Positions 19,216 to 27,709 of a stretch of DNA of 64,000 bases are shown piece after piece. Source of the DNA: a bacterium (GTDB taxonomy: Bacteria; Acidobacteriota; Blastocatellia; HR10); assembly GCA_041640655.1 (NCBI GenBank), contig JBEPZV010000004.1, forward strand, positions 46,815-110,814. Reading direction: 5' to 3'. Below the pieces are notes generated by a model. That model was not told where the DNA came from and did not search any database. It worked only from the letters and a program-made list of their open reading frames with translations. The stretch's first letter is position 1; each line of letters opens with the position of its first letter. The position numbers and the translations under genes are program-made.

Positions 19216-22200
19216 TCAGAAGTACAACTTCAAGCCGAGTTGAATCTCGCGAGCCGGGCGTTCGGGATTGCGCAGGCTCGTCGTGCGCCCGAACGTGCCG
19301 CTCGCGACGTTCGAGTCCGGCGCGGCGAACTGCGGCGTATTCCACACGTTGAAGAACTCCACGCGAAGCTCCAGATACCGCTCCTCCGCGAGGCGGAATT
19401 TCTTGAACACGGACAGATCCCAGTTGTGGAACGCCCAGGAGCTGATCGTGTTCGGCCCGCAGTTGCCGAAGGTGAAGGGCGCCGGGATGCGGAACGCCGT
19501 CGTATCGAAATAGCGCGCCAGCGTCGGCGTGAAGCCCGAGGGGAAGGGGTTCCCCACACAATCGGCGCGCGAGGTGTGCCCCGGCCCCGTGTTGCTCCGA
19601 TCCGGCGCGTAGATGGTGATCGGAACGCCGCTGGTGGAGCTGACGATCCCATTCAATTGCCAATCGCCCAGCAGCTTCGCCAGCACGCCCTGGTTCAGAT
19701 ACGGCTGGCGCGGTCCGAAGGGCAGCTCCCACACCCAGTTCACCACAAGGCGATGACGCTGATCAAAAGGCAGGCGTCCGTAGTCGGCGCGCATGTCGTA
19801 GACGTTCTGCGGCAGATTTTGCGGATTCACGTTGCCGAAGGTCGGCGAGAGGTGTTCGCTCACCGTCCCGAGCGCCTTCCCCAGCGTGTACGCCACGTTG
19901 AACGCCAGACCATGCGAATAGCGCTTGTTCACCGTGATCTGCAGCGAGTTGTAATTGGCTGTCCCATCAGTGCCGAGCCATTGGATGTAGGCGCAAGAGC
20001 CCGGAGCGAGGCAGAAGTCGGGGAAGGGGAAGACGACCGGCCCCACGCCCGGCGTGACGATCCGTCCCTGATTCAGATTCCGCAGCTTTCGGATCTTGCG
20101 GTTGTAGTTGCCGACGAAGGAGATGTCCACGGAGAGATCATTCGTGAGGAGGAGCTGAGGGCCGAAGCTCACCTGCTGCGAGTAGGGAGATCGCTCGTGG
20201 AAACTGCGCGCGCGAATCTGGAGCCGTCGCACGTCCACCGTCGGCGGCGCGGGCAAAAAGCCATCGCGCAATAGCAGCAGCGGCGGCGCATTGCTCGGCA
20301 CGCTCAGGCTGGCATCAATGACCTGCGGCGGATTCAACTGCAGCATGCTCTCGCTGCCCATGCGATCCATCACTTGGTAGAAGATGCCGAATCCGCCGCG
20401 CCAGACCATGCGCCGATTCGGCGCGTATGCGAAGCCGAGTCGCGGCGCGAGATTGTTCCGATCCGGATGCACGAGCGTGCGCGAGAAGAGCCCTCGCCCC
20501 TTCGGCGCCGGCTGGATCGGCGGGAAAGGATTCGGCGCCGCCGTGATCAATCCCCCGCGCCCGCCATTGGCCGAGGGATCGAAGTTCGTCGTCAGGTCCT
20601 GCCGCTCGATGAATGGCGTGAAGTACTCATAGCGCACGCCGTAGGTGAGCGTGAGCTTCGGAGTCGCGCGCCAGCTGTCCTGGGCATACCACATGAACCC
20701 ATCAATGTAGTTGTGCACGACATGTGGGGTCGTCGTCTGCTGGAAGAACGCCTGTCCGAGCAAAAGGTTCGCGAAGCTGTCGCCGATCCAGAACGTGTTG
20801 AACGCCAGCTCGCCATGGGGCGCGCGCACGTCGAGGAAGTTGTTCACGAGCCGCTTGTACTCGACGCCGAATTTGTACGCGTGAGCCCCGCGGATGTAGG
20901 AGACGTTGTCGAGGAACTGATAGACCTGCGAGACCTGGAATTGCGGGCGCCAGCCGGAGGTCCCCAGGAAGCTGTAGCCCACGACGCGAATCCAGGGCAG
21001 TCCGTAGACGAACTCGTTATTGGGCGCGTTCTTGAGCCCGAACTCGGCCGCCGCACTCCCTTTCGGCGCGAGCGGTCGGGACCAGCTCTTGATCCGATTG
21101 AACCCGAAACGGAAGTCATTGAGCAGGTTCGGGGAGAACGTGTGATCCCACGTGACGGAGAGCACTTGACCGCGCACCTCGCTGTTGGCGCTGAACCCAC
21201 CCGTGGCCAGTGGGTTCGGGAACGGACCGCGCTCGATCATCGCGCGCTCGTCGAAGAAGTCGTAGACCCCGAAGATCAGGTCCTTCTCTCCGATCCGATG
21301 GTCGAGGCGCGCATCGAAGGAGTCGTTGTTCGTCGGGATATTGATCGACGAGACGAACGTGAACGGCGAGATGCCCGGCGCATTCGGCAGCGGGTAGAGC
21401 GCGGCGAGCTTCATCCCGACCGGGTCGGCGCAGGGACGGCCATCCGTGCGCATGGCATTCAGGTTGAGGCGATTGGGCGGTGAGACGCAGGGCGCGATGA
21501 CCGAGAGGAAATCCGGTGGGGCCGTCAGAACCGGGCGCTCGCTGAAATCCCCTTGACGCATCTTCGCCGTGGGCACCGTGCCCGTCAGCGTCGTCTCCCG
21601 TCGCGAGCGCAGGCCCTGGTAGTCGAAGAACCAGAAGGTGCGATCCCGACGGATCGGGCCGCCAATGGCGAACCCCGCTTGGTTGCGGAGGAATTCACCC
21701 TTCGGGATCACGCGCGAGCCATCGGGACGCCGTCCCGCTGCGTTGGAGAAGAAATCCGCCGCGTCCAGATCATCGTTGCGATGGAACCACCACGCCGTCC
21801 CATGCACGGTGTTGCTGCCGGAGCGAATCTCGGCGTTGATGACTGCCCCCTGGAACCAGCCGAATTCGGCATTGTAGGTGCGCGTCTGCACGCGAAATTC
21901 CCGAAGCGCGTCCGGAGGAGGCTGCACGACCTGCGGACTGCGCTCTTGTGCGTTGGTCGAGAACGAGTTGTTGTCCACGCCATTCAACGCGAAGTAATTT
22001 TGGAGCGAGAAGTTCCCGTTCACGTTGATCTTCGCCTCACGGGGATTGCCGCCGCTTGGCGTCGGCACGGCTCCCGGAGCGAGCAGGATCAAATCCGAGT
22101 ATCGCCGCCCATCGAGCGGCAGATCCACGATCCGTCGCTGCTCGACAACGGCCCCCACATCAGCGCTCTGCGTTTGCAGAATCGGGACCGTCTCGGTGAT

Positions 22201-22575
22201 GACCAGCTCCTCCGTGATCATCCCTGGCTGCAGCGTCACATCCACGCGCAAGCGCTCTTGAACATGGAGGATGATGTTGCTGCGAATGGCAGTTTGGAAT
22301 CCGGGAGCGGTGACCCGAAGCTCATATGGCCCCGGCTGAAGCGCCGGCGCGATGTAGGAGCCGGTCGCATCCGTCGTGACCTTCACGCTCGTCCGCAGCT
22401 CCTGATGCGTGATCGTCACCTCCGCGTTCGGGATCACGGCTCCGGTGGGATCCATGACCGTTCCGAGGATCGTCCCCGTGTTGATCTGAGCGCGCGCCCC
22501 GTGAGGGCAGTGCAGCAGCACCATCACGGTGAGCGCAAGGATCGCGCCGTATCTCATCCATGTGCTTCCTCTCAT
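19216..22575 (-). CDS. TonB-dependent receptor (Oar-like) #2
   Basis: Signal peptide ending ARA-Q, GTVMDPTGAVIP, LNGVDNN, YNAEFG, APRLGFAY and C-terminal QLGLKLYF. GGAGG RBS before ATG 22575. Confidence 0.92.
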   Translation of the reverse strand: MRGSTWMRYGAILALTVMVLLHCPHGARAQINTGTILGTVMDPTGAVIPNAEVTITHQELRTSVKVTTDATGSYIAPALQPGPYELRVTAPGFQTAIRSNIILHVQERLRVDVTLQPGMITEELVITETVPILQTQSADVGAVVEQRRIVDLPLDGRRYSDLILLAPGAVPTPSGGNPREAKINVNGNFSLQNYFALNGVDNNSFSTNAQERSPQVVQPPPDALREFRVQTRTYNAEFGWFQGAVINAEIRSGSNTVHGTAWWFHRNDDLDAADFFSNAAGRRPDGSRVIPKGEFLRNQAGFAIGGPIRRDRTFWFFDYQGLRSRRETTLTGTVPTAKMRQGDFSERPVLTAPPDFLSVIAPCVSPPNRLNLNAMRTDGRPCADPVGMKLAALYPLPNAPGISPFTFVSSINIPTNNDSFDARLDHRIGEKDLIFGVYDFFDERAMIERGPFPNPLATGGFSANSEVRGQVLSVTWDHTFSPNLLNDFRFGFNRIKSWSRPLAPKGSAAAEFGLKNAPNNEFVYGLPWIRVVGYSFLGTSGWRPQFQVSQVYQFLDNVSYIRGAHAYKFGVEYKRLVNNFLDVRAPHGELAFNTFWIGDSFANLLLGQAFFQQTTTPHVVHNYIDGFMWYAQDSWRATPKLTLTYGVRYEYFTPFIERQDLTTNFDPSANGGRGGLITAAPNPFPPIQPAPKGRGLFSRTLVHPDRNNLAPRLGFAYAPNRRMVWRGGFGIFYQVMDRMGSESMLQLNPPQVIDASLSVPSNAPPLLLLRDGFLPAPPTVDVRRLQIRARSFHERSPYSQQVSFGPQLLLTNDLSVDISFVGNYNRKIRKLRNLNQGRIVTPGVGPVVFPFPDFCLAPGSCAYIQWLGTDGTANYNSLQITVNKRYSHGLAFNVAYTLGKALGTVSEHLSPTFGNVNPQNLPQNVYDMRADYGRLPFDQRHRLVVNWVWELPFGPRQPYLNQGVLAKLLGDWQLNGIVSSTSGVPITIYAPDRSNTGPGHTSRADCVGNPFPSGFTPTLARYFDTTAFRIPAPFTFGNCGPNTISSWAFHNWDLSVFKKFRLAEERYLELRVEFFNVWNTPQFAAPDSNVASGTFGRTTSLRNPERPAREIQLGLKLYF

Positions 22576-22637
22576 GGCTCTCACCTCCACTGCTTCGTTC
22601 CTCCCGCCATGTCGTGCGGGGATCTCGGAACGCCCCC

Positions 22638-24530
22638 TCAGCGCCGGGCGTTCGGTGGGGGACAGGTCGCGAGGAAGAACCGTTCGCGCTTCCTCGCCTC
22701 CTCGTACTGCGCGCGCGCACGGCGCACCGCGTCCATCTCGGAGACCTCGGCCACGGGCACGTCCCACCACGATTCGTAGCCGGGGACGCGCACCTCTTTG
22801 TCCACCTCGACGACGATGACGGTCGTGCGCGCCTGCTGCCGGGCCTCCTCCAGGGCGCGCTCGAGATCGTCGCGCGTTCGGGCGCGAAGCGCGTGCGCGC
22901 CAAGGCTCGCGGCGTTCGCGGCGAAGTCCACTGGGATCCAGTCTCCATCCAGCTGTCCGGTCTGCGGATTGCGGAAGCGATAGTCCGTTCCGAACCCCCC
23001 TGAGCCGATGGACTGCGAGAGCCCGCCGATGCTGCTGAAGCCGTGATTGTCGAGCACGAGGATCACGAGCTTGTATCCCTCCTGCAGCGAGGTCACGATC
23101 TCCGAAGACATCATCAGGTACGAGCCGTCGCCCACCAGGACGTAGACCTCGCGCGAGGGGTCAGCCATCTTCACGCCCAGTCCACCGGCGATCTCGTAGC
23201 CCATACAGGAGTAGCCGTATTCGAGGTGATACCCCTTCGGATCGCGCGTGCGCCAGAGCTTATGCAGATCGCCCGGAAGGCTGCCAGCTGCGCAGACGAC
23301 GACATCGCGCGGACCGACGAAACGGTTGAGAATACCGATGACCTCGCTCTGCGCCATCGGCGGACCATGATGGAGATCGAAGAGGCGCTCGACTTCGGCC
23401 TCCCATTCCGCCTTCAGCCGCGCGATCTCCTCCGCATACTCCGCCGAGACGCGATGGCCCGCGAGCGCTTCCCGCAATTCCTCCAGCGTGAGGCGCGCAT
23501 CGGCCACCAGCGGCCACGCAGCCTGTTTGTACGCATCCATCTCGGCCACGTTGATCGTGATGAAGCGCACATCGGGATGTTGGAATGCCGTCTTTGAGGC
23601 CGTGGGGAAATCGCCCAGGCGCGTGCCGATGGCGATGATCAGGTCCGCCTCGCGGGCGATCACATTGGCCGCGCGCGTCCCCGTCACGCCGATGGCGCCG
23701 AGGTTCTGCGGATGGTCGAAGGGGAGCGAGCCCTTCCCCGCCTGGGTCTCGGCCACAGGAATCCCCGTTTGCTCGACGAAGCGCGCCAGCGCCTCGGTCG
23801 CTTCGCTGTAGATGACCCCGCCGCCGGCAATCACCAGCGGCCGTCGTGCTACGCGAATCCACGCGACGGCGCGGCGCAACCGTTCCCGATCGGCCGGAGG
23901 GCGGGGGATGTGCCAGACGCGCTTCTCGAACAACTCTTCCGGGTAGTCCCAAGCTTCCGTCTGTACATCCTGCGGGAGCGCGAGCGTCACCGCGCCCGTA
24001 TCGGCTGGCGAGGTCAAGACGCGCATCGCTTCCAACAGCGCGAAGGGGAGCTGATCCGGTCGGGTGAGGCGATCCCAGTAGCGGGAGACCGGTCGGAAGG
24101 CGTCGTTCACCGAGATGTCTTGCGTGTGCTCGGATTCCAGCTGCTGCAGCACGGGCGCGACGTTCCGGCGGGCGAAGATGTCCCCAGGCAGCAGCAACAC
24201 AGGCAATCGGTTGATCGTGGCCGTCGCCGCTCCCGTGACCATGTTCGTCGCTCCCGGACCGATCGAGGACGTGCAGGCGAAGGTCCGCAGCCGATTGTGC
24301 ATCTTGGCGAAGGCCACAGCGATGTGCACCATCGCTTGTTCGTTACGCGGCAGATAGTAGGGGAAGTCGGGGTTCTGCTGGAGCGCCTGGCCGATCCCCG
24401 CCACATTCCCGTGTCCGAAGATCCCCCACACCCCGGCGAAGAAGGGGATCTCACGCCCGTCGCGTTCCACATACTGGTTCTTCAAGAACGCAATAAGCGC
24501 TTGCGCCATCGTCAATCGCCGCCTTCTCAT
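22638..24530 (-). CDS. iolD: 3D-(3,5/4)-trihydroxycyclohexane-1,2-dione acylhydrolase (TPP-dependent)
   Basis: RLTMAQAL, GIFGHGNVAGIGQAL, SSIGPGATN, YHLEYGYSCMGYEIAGGLG, GDGSYLM and WWDVPVAEVS. Confidence 0.96.
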   Translation of the reverse strand: MRRRRLTMAQALIAFLKNQYVERDGREIPFFAGVWGIFGHGNVAGIGQALQQNPDFPYYLPRNEQAMVHIAVAFAKMHNRLRTFACTSSIGPGATNMVTGAATATINRLPVLLLPGDIFARRNVAPVLQQLESEHTQDISVNDAFRPVSRYWDRLTRPDQLPFALLEAMRVLTSPADTGAVTLALPQDVQTEAWDYPEELFEKRVWHIPRPPADRERLRRAVAWIRVARRPLVIAGGGVIYSEATEALARFVEQTGIPVAETQAGKGSLPFDHPQNLGAIGVTGTRAANVIAREADLIIAIGTRLGDFPTASKTAFQHPDVRFITINVAEMDAYKQAAWPLVADARLTLEELREALAGHRVSAEYAEEIARLKAEWEAEVERLFDLHHGPPMAQSEVIGILNRFVGPRDVVVCAAGSLPGDLHKLWRTRDPKGYHLEYGYSCMGYEIAGGLGVKMADPSREVYVLVGDGSYLMMSSEIVTSLQEGYKLVILVLDNHGFSSIGGLSQSIGSGGFGTDYRFRNPQTGQLDGDWIPVDFAANAASLGAHALRARTRDDLERALEEARQQARTTVIVVEVDKEVRVPGYESWWDVPVAEVSEMDAVRRARAQYEEARKRERFFLATCPPPNARR

Positions 24531-24583
24531 CGTCGGTGCCCTCCTTTCGCGCGATCGCCTCCGACGTCCGCGCCACGAGGCGC

Positions 24584-25597
24584 CTACAATCCCCCGCGCG
24601 CTTGGATGAATGAGAGGACTTCGGCTTCGTACGGCATGAAGTTCGCGCAGCCGTGGCGCGTGACGACGATCGCGCCGCAGGCATTACCCATGCGCGCCGC
24701 CCGATACCAGTCCCATCCCTTCAGATAGCCGTAGAGGAATCCGGCCGCGAAGGCATCGCCAGCCCCCAGGACATTGAGGACCTCGACGGGGAAGGCGGGC
24801 GCCGTGATCACTTCTCCGTGGGGCAGATGAACGGTCGCGCCCTCGGCCCCTCGTTTCACGACGAGCGCTCGCGGGCCGCGCTCCAGAAGCAGGCGAATGG
24901 CGTGGTCCAATTCGCCCGCGACGCGGGATTCGGAGACCTGCGCGTGCTCGATGTGGACCTCTCCGGCCTCCGCGAGAGCGGCCGCCTTCACCTCATCGGC
25001 CGTTCCGAGCACGACATCCACAAGCGGCAGCGCCAGGCGGATCGTCACCCCATAGGCCCGCACATCGTGCCAGAGCGGGGGGCGGAAATCCAGATCGAGA
25101 AAGACACGCACATCGTGGGCGCGCGCGCGCTCGGCGGCCAAGAGCGTCGCGCTGCGGCTCGGCTCTCGGCTGAGCCCCGTCCCGCTGATGAGCAAGACGC
25201 GACACTCGGGGATCGGCGCGGCGAGCACATCGTCAATGTCCAGTTCCATGTCGGCGCAGTTGTCGCGATAGTAGACCAGCGGGAAGCGATCCGGCGGCTC
25301 CACGCCGAGCAGGACAGCGCTCGTCCGACGCCCCGGCTTTCGCGGGATGAACCGCGTCTCCACACCCTCCCGTTCCAGGAACCGCAGGACGAAATCGCCC
25401 ACGAGATCGTCGCCGACGGCTGTGAGCAGCACCGCGCGCAAGCCCAATCGTCGCGCGCCCACACTGATGTTCGTCGGACACCCCCCCACATAGGCGGCGA
25501 AGCTGGTGATCTCCGGAAACGGCGCGCCGATGTCCGCCGCGTAGAGGTCAATCGAGCTGCGGCCCATGGCGAGGAGATCGTATTGCCGTTGGGGCAT
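24584..25597 (-). CDS. iolC: 5-dehydro-2-deoxygluconokinase
   Basis: MGRSSIDLY, YVGGCPTNI, YYRDNCAD, DLDFRP and VLNVLGAGDAF. Between iolB and iolD; start could also be 25627. Confidence 0.93.
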   Translation of the reverse strand: MPQRQYDLLAMGRSSIDLYAADIGAPFPEITSFAAYVGGCPTNISVGARRLGLRAVLLTAVGDDLVGDFVLRFLEREGVETRFIPRKPGRRTSAVLLGVEPPDRFPLVYYRDNCADMELDIDDVLAAPIPECRVLLISGTGLSREPSRSATLLAAERARAHDVRVFLDLDFRPPLWHDVRAYGVTIRLALPLVDVVLGTADEVKAAALAEAGEVHIEHAQVSESRVAGELDHAIRLLLERGPRALVVKRGAEGATVHLPHGEVITAPAFPVEVLNVLGAGDAFAAGFLYGYLKGWDWYRAARMGNACGAIVVTRHGCANFMPYEAEVLSFIQARGGL

Positions 25598-25623
25598 CCG
25601 CTCCTCCTCAATGTGCGCCCTGC

Positions 25624-26490
25624 TCATCGCACGAGCGGGACGCGCGGATCTTTCTCCGTCCATGTCGCGCGCACCCACGCGTGCGCCGGATCATCGGACG
25701 CCGCCATCGAGCGCGCGCTCCCGGCCAGAGCGTTCAAGTAGTACACGTTGTAGCCGTGCGCCGCGACGACCGGATGATACCCCTCCGGGATCAGCACCAG
25801 ATCCCCATCCTGAACGGTGAGAGTCACGTCCAACCGGCGATCCGGCGTGTAGATGCGTTGAATCGCGTACCCCTCCGGGCGATCCACCTTGTAATAGTAG
25901 ATCTCCTCCAGGTCCACTTCGTCCGGCGGATTGTGGACATCGTGCTTGTGCGGGGGATAGCTCGACCAGTTCCCGCTGGGCGTGTAGACCTCGACGAGCA
26001 TCAGGCGATCGGCGGGGAAATCCGGTGGGAGGATGTGATTGATCTGCCGCGTGGCATTCCCCCCGCCCCGAATCTCGATCGAGACGTCTTCTGGGCGGAT
26101 CAGCCGAGCGGGGAACATGCGCTCGGCGCGCGCTCGACAGAAGGCGAGTTCGCCCTCGGTCTCGGCCGTGATGGTGTAGGACGTGCCGATGGGGAGATAC
26201 AGAGCGGTCGGCAAGCCATCGAACACGTGTGCACGCGAGCCGATGTGAGACCACGAACCCGCCGAAGAGTGAATCGTGAAGCGCCCGCCCAAGAGCACAA
26301 TCCCCAGCTCGTCCCGCCCCGTCTCTCCCGAGACGGTCTCTCCAGCGGCCATGGCTCGAACGGCGAAGCCCAGATACTCGAAGCCCACGACCTCCGGCGT
26401 GATGGAGATGCGCTCGCCCGCCCCTCCATCGGAGGGGCGCGACCGGATCAGAAGCTCATGAGTACGCGACAGCATGCGAATTCTCCTCAT
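25624..26490 (-). CDS. iolB: 5-deoxy-glucuronate isomerase
   Basis: EVYTPSGNWSSYPPHKHD, LEEIYYY, GYHP and YYLNALAG. Confidence 0.95.
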   Translation of the reverse strand: MRRIRMLSRTHELLIRSRPSDGGAGERISITPEVVGFEYLGFAVRAMAAGETVSGETGRDELGIVLLGGRFTIHSSAGSWSHIGSRAHVFDGLPTALYLPIGTSYTITAETEGELAFCRARAERMFPARLIRPEDVSIEIRGGGNATRQINHILPPDFPADRLMLVEVYTPSGNWSSYPPHKHDVHNPPDEVDLEEIYYYKVDRPEGYAIQRIYTPDRRLDVTLTVQDGDLVLIPEGYHPVVAAHGYNVYYLNALAGSARSMAASDDPAHAWVRATWTEKDPRVPLVR

Positions 26491-27491
26491 CGAGGTGGGG
26501 CCGTCGAATGCCGAATGATCAGCTCGCCCTGCATCCAGATCGTCTGCTGCGAGTTCTCCCCTCTGAGGAGTTGCAGCAGTAGCTCCATCGCGCGCCGTCC
26601 CATCTGTCGCTTCGGCTGCCGGATCGTCGTCAGCGGAGGCTCCGTGTACGAGGCGATGAAGAGATCATCGAATCCCACGAGCGAGATGTCTTCCGGCACC
26701 CGAAGGCCTCTCATGCGGATCATGCGCAGCGCGCCGAGGGCCGTCATGTCGTTGTAACAGAAGACGGCCGTGGGAGGCGAAGTGAGCATCAGCAAGCGCT
26801 CCATCGCGCGCATTCCCTCCTCCGGCTTCCCATCGCCGTGGACGACCAGCTCCGGCTGAAACGTGAGCCCGGCGCGCTCGAGCGCCTGGCGGTATCCGGC
26901 GAAACGCTCAGTATCCGACTGATAGCCGAATTGATCGCCGATATACGCGATGCGCCGATGGCCGAGCTGAATCAGGTGATCGGTCGCGGCGCGGCTGGCC
27001 GTGACGTTATCAATCATGACCGAATGCACGAATTCCCCAGGATGCTGATTGTTGATGAGCACGATCGGGACCTTCATCTCGCTCAGGTGATCCATGTAGA
27101 GCGCACCGACGCGCGAGGCCGTCACCAAAATTCCATCCACGCGCCGCTCGTGGAAAGAGTGGACGACTTTGATCTCCCGATCCGGATCTGCATTGGAATT
27201 GGCCAGGAAGACCGAATAACCGTGATCGTTGGCCACCTCCTCGATTCCGCTGACCACCTCGGCGATAAACGGATCGGCGATCGTCGTGACGACGACGCCG
27301 ATGGTCTTCGTCTTGCGCGTGACTAAGCTACGGGCGACAGCGCTCGGCCGGTATCCCATCTCCTCAGCGATCCGGCGGATGCGCTCAGCCGTCTCACGGC
27401 GAACGAGGGGACTGTTGTGCAAGGCCCGTGAGACAGTCGAATGCGAGACCTTCGCCACGCGCGCGATGTCTTTGATCGAAACGGAGCTCAT
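26487..27491 (-). CDS. LacI-family transcriptional regulator
   Basis: SIKDIARVAKVSHSTVSRAL HTH, YRPSAVARSL hinge, VPEDISLVGFDD and PPLTTIRQP. Confidence 0.95.
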   Translation of the reverse strand: MSSVSIKDIARVAKVSHSTVSRALHNSPLVRRETAERIRRIAEEMGYRPSAVARSLVTRKTKTIGVVVTTIADPFIAEVVSGIEEVANDHGYSVFLANSNADPDREIKVVHSFHERRVDGILVTASRVGALYMDHLSEMKVPIVLINNQHPGEFVHSVMIDNVTASRAATDHLIQLGHRRIAYIGDQFGYQSDTERFAGYRQALERAGLTFQPELVVHGDGKPEEGMRAMERLLMLTSPPTAVFCYNDMTALGALRMIRMRGLRVPEDISLVGFDDLFIASYTEPPLTTIRQPKRQMGRRAMELLLQLLRGENSQQTIWMQGELIIRHSTAPPR

Positions 27492-27495
27492 AGGC

Positions 27496-27509
27496 TGCAC
27501 ACGTTTTCA
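27496..27509. promoter_or_regulatory. Putative LacI-type operator TGCACACGTTTTCA
   Basis: Imperfect palindrome TG-n4-CG-n4-CA with a central CG, typical of LacI-family sites, immediately upstream of the lacI start codon. Confidence 0.6.
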
Positions 27510-27592
27510 AAAGCTGGCCAAAGAGAAAATGGGCTCAACTCTCTGTTGAAGCTCATTGTCAACCCACGCCCTCCTCATCCTTGGAGCTTTTT

Positions 27593-27620
27593 ATCATATC
27601 GCGGATCTCCACCTTGTCAA
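27593..27620 (-). promoter_or_regulatory. Sigma70-type promoter for the lacI-iol operon
   Basis: TTGACA (27615-27620), 16 bp, TATGAT (27593-27598) on the minus strand. Confidence 0.7.
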
Positions 27621-27634
27621 GATGGAAAAAATCA

Positions 27635-27662
27635 TTGACATTGCGAGGAATTCGGCTATAAT
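27635..27662 (+). promoter_or_regulatory. Sigma70-type promoter for the TPR-HTH/peptide cassette
   Basis: Perfect consensus TTGACA-N16-TATAAT. Confidence 0.8.
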
Positions 27663-27709
27663 TTGCAGTGTCTTTGGTCAAAAATCGTGAACGATCGGTG
27701 AAGGAGGTT

